Source of the DNA: Thermoproteota archaeon
GTDB lineage: Archaea > Thermoproteota > EX4484-205 > JAAOZP01
Direction: 5' to 3'
Assembly: GCA_038848185.1 (NCBI GenBank)
Contig: JAWCNV010000007.1
Coordinates: 9,378 to 73,377, forward strand
Length of the DNA: 64,000 nucleotides
The notes beneath the pieces are model-generated. The model was given only the letters and a program-made list of their open reading frames with translations. It searched no databases and was not told the DNA's origin. Shown piece after piece: positions 8,794 through 18,651 of the stretch. The position numbers and the translations under genes were made by a program. Position 1 is the stretch's first letter, and each line of letters opens with the position of its first letter.

Positions 8794-9819
8794 ATGAGAA
8801 TAGGTTGGAGAATAACAGCGGTAATAGTGGTTGTAGCATCCGCAATAGTAGCTTCAGTACTATACCTCTACTTGAGCCAGCCGAAGCTTGAGGGTACCCT
8901 GATCATTTATGGCCCGAGGGGCATAACTGGTCTTGCAACAGCCCTCGTAAACGCTTTTAAAAACAAGTATCCCGATGTAAACGTTACCTTCATAAGCTAC
9001 GGCATGGGTTCAATAGAGATAGCTAACAAGCTTATTCTGGAGAAGGATTCTCCTGTAGCTGACGTGATAATAGGGCTTCCAGAGTTCTATGCGAAGGTTG
9101 TGGTGGACGCGGGAGTTCTTGAACCATATAGGCCTCAAACCATTTCGCTGATACCTAGTGAAGAGATCTGGGATCCTTCCGGAACAGTGCTTCCTATGGA
9201 TAAGGGTTTTGTCGTCCTAACTTATAATAGCACAATAATTTCGAGACTAGGTCTTCCACCGCCTGAAACGCTTGACGACCTACTTAGACCAGAGTACAGA
9301 GGCCTAGTATTCTACCAAGATCCCACTTCAAGTGGAACCGGGTTATCATTCCTAGTATGGGTGCTTTCCGTTAAAGGTGTTGACGAAGGGTTCAACTTTC
9401 TAAAGCAGCTTGAGCAGAACGTTAAAACGCATCCCTCAGGATGGACAACATCCATAATAGCTTTGAAAAGTGGAGAGGTTGCAATAGGATCAATGTTTAA
9501 CACTGACGTAGGCTATGAGGAGACGCCTAACCTTACGAGTAGAGTTGTGGAAGGTTTTGTCTACAGGGAGGGTATAGCTCTGGTTAAGAACGCGAAGCAT
9601 CCTGAAATAGCTAAGAAGTTCATAGAGTTCGCTTTAAGCACTGAAGCACAGAACCTTGTTGCACCAGAAGGCTATATGTATCCTGTTAACCCCTTAGCAT
9701 CCGTAGAGTTATTCAGCTATGCGCCAATACCCTTTAACAAGGTAACTTTTAATAATGAACTCGCTGGAAACGTTGAACAGTGGCTTGAAAGGTGGAGGAG
9801 AGAGATAAAAACAGGATGA
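8794..9819 (+). CDS. thiB: thiamine ABC transporter substrate-binding protein (ThiB/TbpA-like), N-terminal membrane anchor
   Basis: LEKDSPVADV, QDPTSSGTGLSFL, EGIALVKNAKHPE..KKFIEF; SD GGAGGTGA at 8781; TPP riboswitch upstream. Confidence 0.82.
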   Translation: MRIGWRITAVIVVVASAIVASVLYLYLSQPKLEGTLIIYGPRGITGLATALVNAFKNKYPDVNVTFISYGMGSIEIANKLILEKDSPVADVIIGLPEFYAKVVVDAGVLEPYRPQTISLIPSEEIWDPSGTVLPMDKGFVVLTYNSTIISRLGLPPPETLDDLLRPEYRGLVFYQDPTSSGTGLSFLVWVLSVKGVDEGFNFLKQLEQNVKTHPSGWTTSIIALKSGEVAIGSMFNTDVGYEETPNLTSRVVEGFVYREGIALVKNAKHPEIAKKFIEFALSTEAQNLVAPEGYMYPVNPLASVELFSYAPIPFNKVTFNNELAGNVEQWLERWRREIKTG

Positions 9820-11432
9820 TCGATGTTAAAAGGCTTCTGGCCTTCACACCATTTCTTTTTTTCCTAATCTTCTTCTATATTCTGCCCTTGGTCTTTTTAA
9901 TCGGTAACGCTAGTTTAACAGATTTCTTAAGCGTCGTGGGCGACGAATATATTCATAGGCTACTCAATGGTACGCTTATTCAGGCTTTCCTATCCATGCT
10001 GTTAACTTTGCTTCTAGCTCTTCCAGTAGCCTTCTTCTTCGCAAGATACTCGTTTAAGGGTAAGAGAATGCTTGAATACGTTTTGCTAACAGTTTTTTTC
10101 GTCCCCGCGTTCACGATAGCTGAAGGCCTTATAGTTCTTCTGGGTGATAACGGTATTGTCAACATGTTTCTCTCCTCCCTGTTTGGAACAGGGGAACCAG
10201 TTATCAGGATCCTTTACTCAATGTGGGCGGTTGTGCTTGCACACGTGATATATTACGTTCCTCTTGCAGTCCTTATTCTTGAACAAGGCTTCTCCTCCGT
10301 CGACCAGGATCTCGTTGATGCTGCTAGGGTTTTCTCAGGATCAGGCCTAAGAACTTTTAAAGCAGCATATTTAAACACTTTAACCCCCTTCATTGTTGCC
10401 GCCTCACTCCTCGTATTCGCCTTCTCCTTCATAACCTACTCAACACCAATACTCGTAGGAGGAAGGTTTACAACTCTCGAGGTTGAGATATACGCTACTA
10501 AGTTCAGGCCAATATCCTCGTCGATAGCCATCATACAGCTATCGTTAACATTCCTAATCTCGATTATAATCATCCTGTTCAGAGAGAAACTCTTCACAAA
10601 GCCTTCTGCAGGTTATCCTGCTGAGGAACCTGTTTCCAGACTATTATCAAAGCCCTCAGGAGTGCTTCTGATTGCCTACGTTGCCATAATCTATATTTTT
10701 GAACTGACTCCTGTCGCAATGCCTGTTCTCAAGCCTTTTCTGGAGGCAGGTTATGACTCGCTTAGCCTTTTCAAGGATCTTTACAGCTTCAAATTTGGCT
10801 TCGGCCTTAGTTTCAACGACGTTTTTTTCCAAAGCTTGGCGATAGCAATCATTGTCTCAACGGTCTCCGTTTTTCTCTCCATAGTAATGGTCTGGTCCTC
10901 TAAGATTCTAGGGGGATTATTTGAAAGAACCATGAGTATCCTTATGGCTCTCCCCCTGACAATATCGCGGTCATCCCTCGCCCTCGGGATGCTTCTTTCC
11001 TATGGCTTCGGCGTCATCAAGCTGTATGGAAGCTGGGTTCTGATGGTTCTAGGCCAGTCTGCATTCATCATTCCTCTCGTAGTTAGAATTGTTGAAGCCT
11101 CTTGGAGCAGGGTGATTGAAGAATACCGTGAGGCTGCTGAGGTGCATGGTGCATCACTCTTCTTCAGGCTTATCAGAGTTGAGATTCCCTTGGTGCTGCC
11201 CACTTTATTAGCATCGTTCCTAATGGCGTTCTCCTCATCTTTAAGCGACTTCACCTTCTCAACTTTCTTCAGCACGCTCAACTTGATGACATTGCCGGTG
11301 GCGGTTAACATTCTCATAGATTCGAGAAGGCTTAGCTTGGCACTAGCCTTAACCTCGGTCATCACCATGCTCGTAATCATTGTGGAAACCCTTGGTTCAC
11401 AGCTCTCCAGAGAAAGATTAAGGGTGATATAG
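9816..11432 (+). CDS. thiP: thiamine ABC transporter permease (ThiP-like, two repeats)
   Basis: two EAA-like loops (DLVDAARVF, YREAAEVHGA); ATGA overlap with thiB stop. Confidence 0.78.
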   Translation: MIDVKRLLAFTPFLFFLIFFYILPLVFLIGNASLTDFLSVVGDEYIHRLLNGTLIQAFLSMLLTLLLALPVAFFFARYSFKGKRMLEYVLLTVFFVPAFTIAEGLIVLLGDNGIVNMFLSSLFGTGEPVIRILYSMWAVVLAHVIYYVPLAVLILEQGFSSVDQDLVDAARVFSGSGLRTFKAAYLNTLTPFIVAASLLVFAFSFITYSTPILVGGRFTTLEVEIYATKFRPISSSIAIIQLSLTFLISIIIILFREKLFTKPSAGYPAEEPVSRLLSKPSGVLLIAYVAIIYIFELTPVAMPVLKPFLEAGYDSLSLFKDLYSFKFGFGLSFNDVFFQSLAIAIIVSTVSVFLSIVMVWSSKILGGLFERTMSILMALPLTISRSSLALGMLLSYGFGVIKLYGSWVLMVLGQSAFIIPLVVRIVEASWSRVIEEYREAAEVHGASLFFRLIRVEIPLVLPTLLASFLMAFSSSLSDFTFSTFFSTLNLMTLPVAVNILIDSRRLSLALALTSVITMLVIIVETLGSQLSRERLRVI

Positions 11433-12506
11433 ATGGAGCTTGAAGTCAAGGATCTCAGGAAAAGGTTTGAAAGCTTCGAAGCGTTGAAAGGCGTCAGCTT
11501 TAAGACACCATCTCGAAAAACCCTAGCCCTCCTAGGGCCGAGCGGATGCGGTAAGACAACCACTCTTAGAATAATCGCAGGTCTCCTGAAGCCGGATGAG
11601 GGTAAGATTCTTTTCGACGGAAGGGATGTGTCTAAGCTGCCTCCCAGAGAAAGAAACGTGGGAATGGTTTTCCAAAGCCCAGCGTTGTTCCCAAACCTCA
11701 CAGTATGGGAGAACATCGCGTTCCCTCTAGAAGCTAGGAATAAGAGTTTTGAAGAAACCAATAAGAGGGTTAGAGAAGTCGTGGAACTGGTGGAGCTTGC
11801 TGGGCTTGAAAAAAGGCGTCCGCACGAGTTGAGTAGGGGACAGCAGCAGAGAGTAGCGATAGGCAGGGCAATAGCATCAGAAGTTAGCATCCTGCTTCTA
11901 GACGAGCCTCTAACTGCTCTGGACACCAGTCTCAGAACAGAGATATCTGAAGTAATAAGGAATATTCAGAGGAACCTTGGTCTTACAATGGTCTATGTAA
12001 CGCACAACCAAGTTGAAGCGTTCACCATGGGGGATTTCATCGCCACCATGTTCGACGGCCTGATAGATTCCTACGCAGATGTTCAGACAATGTATTCAAA
12101 GCCCCCTACGGAAAAGACCGCGAGATTCCTAGGGTTCATTAACAGGCTGGAGGCTAAAGCAGAATACATGGGTTCAGATACGGTCAGGCTTGTTTCCTCA
12201 TGGGGAGAATTCAGGCTTAATTGGCATGGGCCTAAGCTGAGTGGAAAAGTGATTGTTCTCTTCAGGCCTGAAGACGCTTCGATTAGTCTTGATGAAAAAG
12301 GCCTGTTAGAAGGCGAGCTTTTAAACAGCGTTTTCACGGGTAGAAATGTAGTTACACGTGTTAAGACAAGCCAAGGCTTGTTTGAGTGTGCAGGAAACGA
12401 TTTTTCTCAATACAAAGCATTATCTGGAATGGTGGGTAGAAGAGTCATGGTTAAAATAGACTTGGAAAAATCTGCTTTGATACGAGTTAACAATTTAATG
12501 GACTGA
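11433..12506 (+). CDS. thiQ: ABC transporter ATP-binding protein (thiamine system)
   Basis: GPSGCGKTT, LSRGQQQR, LLLDEP, THN; operon context. Confidence 0.75.
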   Translation: MELEVKDLRKRFESFEALKGVSFKTPSRKTLALLGPSGCGKTTTLRIIAGLLKPDEGKILFDGRDVSKLPPRERNVGMVFQSPALFPNLTVWENIAFPLEARNKSFEETNKRVREVVELVELAGLEKRRPHELSRGQQQRVAIGRAIASEVSILLLDEPLTALDTSLRTEISEVIRNIQRNLGLTMVYVTHNQVEAFTMGDFIATMFDGLIDSYADVQTMYSKPPTEKTARFLGFINRLEAKAEYMGSDTVRLVSSWGEFRLNWHGPKLSGKVIVLFRPEDASISLDEKGLLEGELLNSVFTGRNVVTRVKTSQGLFECAGNDFSQYKALSGMVGRRVMVKIDLEKSALIRVNNLMD

Positions 12507-12518
12507 ACTTAAGGTTAA

Positions 12519-13580
12519 TCATTTTTCAGGCTTAACCTCTATGTCGAATCCCCAGTGGTATTTGAAGGGAGCAACCTCTCTTATCCTTCTAGAGGACAGG
12601 AGTCTTGTTTCGCAACCAAGCTTCTTAAAAGACTCCTCTATGCTAGCATACTTTTCATCAGCATCAACTTCTTTTTCCAAGAAAACATGGAGGTGCACTA
12701 CCCCACCATCATTTTTAACCACGTTGCAAGCCGCGTCGAGATAAAATTCTGAACTCATGGGAAGATTCATGATTACCCTGTCCCCGACGCCTTTCAAATC
12801 TCTTTCAGACAGTGTTCTAGCGTCGCCAAGATACGGTTTAACTCTGTCTTCAACCCTGTTCAGCCTAATGTTCTCAACCAGATATCGGTATGCATCAGGG
12901 TTTATGTCGCAAGCATAGACTTTTACACTCGGGTTCTTCCTCGCAATAATTATGCTGAAGGGCCCTATGCCAGCGAAAAGGTCGCAGACAACTTCCCCCG
13001 GTTTAACAAGTGACGCGACCCTAGCTCTCTCAGCTGAAAGCCTCGGTGTGAAGAAAACTTTTGAAATATCGAGTTTAAAGATGCATCCGTGTTCTCGGTA
13101 GGTTGTCTCAGTGCCTCCTTCGCCCGCTAAAACCTCATATCCTCCAACCCTGTACTCGCCTGAAAGAGGCTCAGTCTTGTTGAGCACAATCCTCACGTTC
13201 TTCATAGATTGAAGAAAGGCTTCTCCAATAATCCTGCGACGGTCCTGAAGCTTTTCAGGAAGCTGGAAAATGCAAATGTCGCCAATCACATCGTAGGACC
13301 GGGGGATAATGCTCATTTCCTCATCAGTTAAAACTTTTCTAAGGTTTTCAAACAGGCTTGGCCTTCGCGTAGCTTCTTCAAATTCCTCTAGCACTATCTC
13401 TCCATCAATCTTCAGATCCTTTAATTCTTCGGGCGAAACCTTTCTGGTGAGAGGTATAGCTAGGAAGCCGTTTTTCCTCTTGATCAGGAGCGTTCTGTCG
13501 ACGAGGTTCCTGTCTCTAAGCATCCTTAAAGCATTCTCCCCAAACTGCTTCCTAACTAAGACACCTACCTTCATACCCAT
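12519..13580 (-). CDS. trm5: tRNA (guanine37-N1) methyltransferase Trm5/Met10+ family
   Basis: PRSYDVIGDI, FTPRLSAER, DLFAGIGPF, MNLP; start at MGMKV rather than the track's 13700. Confidence 0.8.
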   Translation of the reverse strand: MGMKVGVLVRKQFGENALRMLRDRNLVDRTLLIKRKNGFLAIPLTRKVSPEELKDLKIDGEIVLEEFEEATRRPSLFENLRKVLTDEEMSIIPRSYDVIGDICIFQLPEKLQDRRRIIGEAFLQSMKNVRIVLNKTEPLSGEYRVGGYEVLAGEGGTETTYREHGCIFKLDISKVFFTPRLSAERARVASLVKPGEVVCDLFAGIGPFSIIIARKNPSVKVYACDINPDAYRYLVENIRLNRVEDRVKPYLGDARTLSERDLKGVGDRVIMNLPMSSEFYLDAACNVVKNDGGVVHLHVFLEKEVDADEKYASIEESFKKLGCETRLLSSRRIREVAPFKYHWGFDIEVKPEK

Positions 13581-13711
13581 AGTGGTTTTGCTCTTAAAAG
13601 TATGCGATGTTTTATAAAACTTTAATTTCCAGTTTTTGAATCCATTGTTTTTAAATCGGTTTTCACGGAATATTCTAAAGCTTAATAAATCGCGCTCCAA
13701 CGCTCTTAGCG

Positions 13712-14629
13712 TTGCCGAGACTGTTTGAAATCATATTCGAAATAGTCACGCTGCTTTCTCTAGGCATAGTTTTGAAGAAAACCCGCGTGATTAACGAGCC
13801 CATTGGAAGAAGGCTCCTCTCATTATCGCTTAATCTACTCCTACCGATCATAGTGTTCCATTCCTTCGCAAAAGTTAGAACATCCTTAGAGGATTCTCTA
13901 CTACCTTTAATCGGACTCATGCTTAATCTTTCACTTCTGGCAATAGCCTACTTGGTTTCAAAAAACCTTAACATGGATAACGCTAGGAGGGGAGCCTTCC
14001 TACTTGGATGCAGCACTCTGAACATAGGTATAATAGGCCTACCATTCATAGAGTTATTCTTCAAAACTGAGGGTGTGGCAACAGCATCATTACTCGACAT
14101 AGGTAATTCCCTATACGTCTTCTCAATAGCCTTCCTAGTCGCGTCCAAGTTCAACCCTTCTAAGCGAGAAAACTCGTTTAAAAATGGTGTTAAGCGGTTC
14201 TTAACCCAGCCGTATATTCTTTCAATAGCAATCGGTCTGGTTGCAAACATTTCGAAAATAGAATTGCCTGAATCGGTTATGGTCTTCACAAGCATCGTCT
14301 CGTTTATCAACATTGTTATAATACTTATAGCAGTAGGCGTTTTCATTAAGCTTCCGGCGAAAAGCCTTATGCGGGAGATACTTGCGTCCGCAGCCGTTAA
14401 AATCCTGCTTGGAGGATTAGTTGGCTTAACATTCGCCAGCTTATTCTGCTTAACACAGCAAGCATTGAAAGTCACGTTGATCATAGCATCCCTCCCACCT
14501 GCCTTCATGACTCTGATACATGCTAGAACCGAGAACCTAGATCTGGAGTTCACTACAATCCTGCTCGGCTCAATGCTTGCCATCGGGATCCCGGTAATAG
14601 TTTTCTACGGCCTACTTTTCTCGGTTTAG
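13712..14629 (+). CDS. AEC (auxin efflux carrier) family transporter
   Basis: about 10 TM segments; LLLPIIVF, NIGIIGLPF, SLPPAF. Confidence 0.85.
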   Translation: MPRLFEIIFEIVTLLSLGIVLKKTRVINEPIGRRLLSLSLNLLLPIIVFHSFAKVRTSLEDSLLPLIGLMLNLSLLAIAYLVSKNLNMDNARRGAFLLGCSTLNIGIIGLPFIELFFKTEGVATASLLDIGNSLYVFSIAFLVASKFNPSKRENSFKNGVKRFLTQPYILSIAIGLVANISKIELPESVMVFTSIVSFINIVIILIAVGVFIKLPAKSLMREILASAAVKILLGGLVGLTFASLFCLTQQALKVTLIIASLPPAFMTLIHARTENLDLEFTTILLGSMLAIGIPVIVFYGLLFSV

Positions 14630-14860
14630 AGCATTTTTGCCACGTATAGCTGAAGACTTAGTGAGAAACACTTATCCCCCTTTCTCAGTAAAGGGTATAT
14701 GTAGAAGCAGCAAGGGATTTAAGTGTAACGCTTGTTGAAAAGCCAGTCTCATGCTGAACCATAAAGGTTTTAAACAGTAGTCTTTTGGATGGGGCAGAGC
14801 TTGTCATCCGCCAAGTTGGAGAAAACAAGCCTGTTTAGAAAAACAGGCCGGAGGATTATT

Positions 14861-16474
14861 GTGCGGCTAGACAGGCTCTCCGAAAAAAAGGGGGCAGCAT
14901 ATTCAATTTATTTCGCTTCAATCATATTTTTCTTCGGAGTAATTCTACTCCCCTCCCTACTGGGGATCCTGCTTAAAATTGACATGGTTCGAGAAGTTTT
15001 GTCAAACCCAGAGATGCTTGAAAAATCAGTTTCAGCAATCTTCTCATCGATCATCATGGCCACCATAGTTTCTGCCGTAGATGTGATCTCCGGATTGCCG
15101 CTTGCCTGGATCATTGTTAAGAGAAGAAACCGTTGGATGACGCTAGTTGATTCCCTTGCAGACCTTCCGATGATAATACCGACAGTGATACTTGGATACT
15201 CGACGCTCCTACTCTGGTGTGAAGATGCACCTTTCTCGATAATCGGTTTCCCGAGTCTTTCACCAGGGTTCCTCACGGTTTTTCTTCTCCACTTCTCCTT
15301 CTCCTACCCTGTTGTTGTAAGGGTTCTTGTAGGTAAGCTGATGGAGATTGACGCTACTTATGAGATCGCGGCCAGAACACTTGGAGCATCCTCGTGTACC
15401 GCCACTAGGACAATAAGCCTCCCGATGCTTAAATCAGGCATCATCGCGTCTCTAATCCTATCATTTGCAAGATCTCTTTCCGAGACAGGGGCGACACTAA
15501 TGGTTGCAGGAAGCTTTGAAAACGGGCCGGTCTTCATAAAAAGATCTATAGACAATGGACTGGTTTCCCCAATGGTTTTCGTCAGCCTTATGCTAATAGT
15601 TTTCTCGATACTAATACTCTTAGGGTTAAGAGTGTTCGGCTTCAAATTGAAGATACCTTTCAGAAAAGCCTATAGGGTTGAGACTTTTTTAAGCAGGAAG
15701 CCAGTTACATATGTTAGAGACTTATCCACGTTAAGCATCTTTGTTCTTCTAGTTCTTCTTCCAGCGTCATACATGGTTATCGCTAGACTGCCTTTAATGC
15801 TGGAGTCAGGTATAATAGGGGAAATGTTTCTAGGCAGTGGCGTATGGGCAACATACTGGATCAGCGTCTGGGACTCGTATCTCATAGGTTTTCTAGCAAC
15901 CTTGATCAACATTCTGTTCAGCCTACCCATGGCCATAGTAATCGCTAGAAATAGGCTGGGAAAAAGTCTTTCAAAGCTTTTAGACGCGTTAAGCAACACC
16001 TCTATAATAATGCCTTCTGTCGCCCTCGGCGTATCTATAGGATTATTCTGGGGAGCCTCCGGAATACCGGACTTCCTCCTAGTGCTTCTGGCACACCTCT
16101 GTATAACATACCCCTACATGGTTGCGACGATGGTTTCAGCACTCGAAGATCTTCCGGTGGAGCTTGAGGAAGCAGGGAGGACTCTTGGAGGCACGCCTTT
16201 CACAGTCTTCAGGACAATCGTGCTTCCAGTAGCTAAATACTCCTTTCTCTCTGGAGCAATCCTAACCTTCACCAGAAGTGTAAACGAGACAGGAGCTACA
16301 CTAGCTGTTTCAAAAACCTTTAAAACAGTCTCAGTCTTGCTTGTCGAATGGGTTAAATCCCCTGCAATGAGAGTTGAATCAAGCATTGGTACATTAATAC
16401 TAATGTTTTTCTCAATAATTTTTCTCCTGGTTTTCCGATACTTCTACTCTAGGGGAGGCGGCTCGGTTGCCTAG
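14861..16474 (+). CDS. ABC permease, fused double ModB/CysT-like domains
   Basis: two EAA loops (YEIAARTLGA, LEEAGRTLGG) and FARSLSETGAT/FTRSVNETGAT; start uncertain (GTG 14861 has GGAGG SD; ORF open from 14789). Confidence 0.82.
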   Translation: MRLDRLSEKKGAAYSIYFASIIFFFGVILLPSLLGILLKIDMVREVLSNPEMLEKSVSAIFSSIIMATIVSAVDVISGLPLAWIIVKRRNRWMTLVDSLADLPMIIPTVILGYSTLLLWCEDAPFSIIGFPSLSPGFLTVFLLHFSFSYPVVVRVLVGKLMEIDATYEIAARTLGASSCTATRTISLPMLKSGIIASLILSFARSLSETGATLMVAGSFENGPVFIKRSIDNGLVSPMVFVSLMLIVFSILILLGLRVFGFKLKIPFRKAYRVETFLSRKPVTYVRDLSTLSIFVLLVLLPASYMVIARLPLMLESGIIGEMFLGSGVWATYWISVWDSYLIGFLATLINILFSLPMAIVIARNRLGKSLSKLLDALSNTSIIMPSVALGVSIGLFWGASGIPDFLLVLLAHLCITYPYMVATMVSALEDLPVELEEAGRTLGGTPFTVFRTIVLPVAKYSFLSGAILTFTRSVNETGATLAVSKTFKTVSVLLVEWVKSPAMRVESSIGTLILMFFSIIFLLVFRYFYSRGGGSVA

Positions 16475-17561
16475 AGTGGTCTTGGAAAAAGTTTCGAAAA
16501 ATTTTGAAAGAGTGGCTGCACTGGATAATGTAAGCCTGTCTTTCGAAGACGGAGATTACAGCTGTATTCTAGGTCCAACTGGAAGCGGTAAGACAACTCT
16601 TCTTAAAGTCATAGCTGGCCTCGTGGAGCCGGATTCCGGCGAAGTGTATATAGACGGGAAAAATGTCACCGGAGCCCCGCCTGAAGCGAGGGGTGCAGTC
16701 TACATGCATCAACAGTATGCTCTGTTTCCACACCTGACTGTAAGCCAGAATATATCTTTCGGCCTCATTGCAAGAGGCGTGAACAGGAAGCTTATCGAGA
16801 AAAGGGTTTCAGAAGCTCTTGAAATAGTTAAGCTCAGTGAATGGAGTGACGCTTACCCAAGGGAGCTAAGCGGAGGAATGCAGCAGAGGGTTGCACTAGC
16901 CAGATGCCTAGCTACTGGAGCACAACTCCTTCTACTGGATGAGCCCTTGGGTGCGCTTGACGCTAGGCTTAGGCTAGAGGTTAGAGGCGAACTGGCAAGG
17001 ATAGTGGATGAGCTTAATCTGACTGTGATCCATGTTACTCACGACCAGTCTGAAGCCATGTCTCTTGCAGACAGGCTGATCCTCTTAAGGGATGGAAGAG
17101 TTGTTCAGACCGGTTCTCCTGAAGATGTTTATTTTAACCCGAACAGCGTTTTCTCAGCATACTTCGTCGGGGAAAGTGTTTTCCTAGAAGGAGTTGTTAC
17201 GAAGGCTGATGGAAGGCTTGTTTCAATAGAGCTTAGAAACGGCATGACTGTTGAAGCATTATCCGGTGATAATTTCAGCCAGGGCGAGCTGGCTGTAGCT
17301 GCCGTCAGATGCGAGGACATAATTGTTGGCGAAGGCCCTTTAATGGGTCTACTTAGAGAGGTAAACTTTCTCGGCAGCTTCTCCAAGCTGACCTTCGAGC
17401 TTCCCGGAGGCTTGAGGATATCGGTGAACATTCCTCTATCAAAGTTCATTAAAACAGACTTTAGAATCGGAATGGGTCTTCAGCTGACAATACCGAGAGA
17501 CAAGGTTCGCGTCTTCAAATATCCGTACATGGGGTTAGCAAAGGAGATTGAGGCGTTTTAA
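16467..17561 (+). CDS. ABC ATP-binding protein with C-terminal OB/TOBE region
   Basis: GPTGSGKTT, LSGGMQQR, LLLDEP, THDQ. Confidence 0.9.
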   Translation: MPRVVLEKVSKNFERVAALDNVSLSFEDGDYSCILGPTGSGKTTLLKVIAGLVEPDSGEVYIDGKNVTGAPPEARGAVYMHQQYALFPHLTVSQNISFGLIARGVNRKLIEKRVSEALEIVKLSEWSDAYPRELSGGMQQRVALARCLATGAQLLLLDEPLGALDARLRLEVRGELARIVDELNLTVIHVTHDQSEAMSLADRLILLRDGRVVQTGSPEDVYFNPNSVFSAYFVGESVFLEGVVTKADGRLVSIELRNGMTVEALSGDNFSQGELAVAAVRCEDIIVGEGPLMGLLREVNFLGSFSKLTFELPGGLRISVNIPLSKFIKTDFRIGMGLQLTIPRDKVRVFKYPYMGLAKEIEAF

Positions 17562-17563
17562 AG

Positions 17564-18649
17564 ATGCCTAGTGTCAGAGTAGAGAACATTAAGAAAAAGT
17601 TCGGCGACTTCACTGCCCTTGAAGATGTTAAGATAAACGTGAATGATGGGGAATATGTTTCCATAATTGGCCCCTCAGGATGCGGCAAGACAACCCTGTT
17701 AAGGATAATTGCAGGCATAATAAGAGACTATGAAGGCCATGTCTACGTTGATGGCGAGCTTTTCGACGAGAAGCCGCTGGAGGAGAGGGGAATCGGATAC
17801 GTGTTTCAAAACATTGCGCTTTTTCCAAATATGAATATCGGTGGAAACGTGTCTTACAGCCCTAGGGCTAAAGGTCTTAACTCAACCACGATAAGAACAA
17901 TGACGCTGGAAATGCTTGAACTCATGAAGCTGACGGAACGCTACTACGATTATCCTGCGAGGCTGAGCGGAGGAATGCAGCAGAAAACAGCCCTAGCCAG
18001 AGCACTAGCTTCAGGAGCCCGGCTCCTACTCTTAGACGAGCCTCTTTCACTTCTAGACTTGAAGGTTAGAACTGAGCTGAGGTATGAGCTTAGACGTATT
18101 GTTAAGGATCTTGGCTTAACCGCAATCCATGTGACTCATGACCAAGAGGAAGCGATGGCGATCTCGGACAGGATTATAATTATGAGGAGGGCCCGCATCG
18201 TGGAAGACGGTACTCCGTTAAGCCTTTACCTTAGGCCTAAGAAGATTTTCACAGCCTATTTTCTAGGAGAGTCAAACGTTTTAGAGGGAGATGTTACTGA
18301 AGCTGATGAAGACTCGTTGACAGTAAACATTGGAGGAGTGTCAGTTAAGGCGAGGAACACTGGTTTTCAGGTGGGGGAGAAGGTCATCGTTATGGTTAGG
18401 CCTGAGCTTATTGAGCTTGGGGAGGAGGGTTTTGAGGGAAGGGTTTTGAAAAAACTGGTTGAAGGGTTTTTCAACAGGTTTACTCTAGATTTAAACGGTA
18501 TTAAGATTATTGTTAAACAACCATATTCAACGGCTTCAAACATAAGCGATGGTTCCATGGTTAGAGTAAGGCTGCCGGAGGAGCATGTATTAGTGTACAA
18601 GTATCCGAAGAGAGGCTTATATAGTGAGATTTCACTTTATCAGTATTAG
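17564..18649 (+). CDS. second ABC ATP-binding protein with C-terminal OB/TOBE region
   Basis: GPSGCGKTT, LSGGMQQK, LLLDEP, THDQ. Confidence 0.9.
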   Translation: MPSVRVENIKKKFGDFTALEDVKINVNDGEYVSIIGPSGCGKTTLLRIIAGIIRDYEGHVYVDGELFDEKPLEERGIGYVFQNIALFPNMNIGGNVSYSPRAKGLNSTTIRTMTLEMLELMKLTERYYDYPARLSGGMQQKTALARALASGARLLLLDEPLSLLDLKVRTELRYELRRIVKDLGLTAIHVTHDQEEAMAISDRIIIMRRARIVEDGTPLSLYLRPKKIFTAYFLGESNVLEGDVTEADEDSLTVNIGGVSVKARNTGFQVGEKVIVMVRPELIELGEEGFEGRVLKKLVEGFFNRFTLDLNGIKIIVKQPYSTASNISDGSMVRVRLPEEHVLVYKYPKRGLYSEISLYQY

Positions 18650-18651
18650 AA

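Noticed and set aside
11000..11926. 308-aa minus-strand ORF and similar long antisense ORFs (13948-14583, 19718-20446, 22732-23394, 23421-23981, 56996-57592)
   Set aside because: They lie wholly opposite well-supported genes and have no motifs; these are shadow ORFs
14630..14860. Moco/tungsten-cofactor riboswitch before the ModB-like ABC operon
   Set aside because: Only a short hairpin (TGAGAAA/TTTCTCA) upstream of the TATA box; no recognisable aptamer consensus
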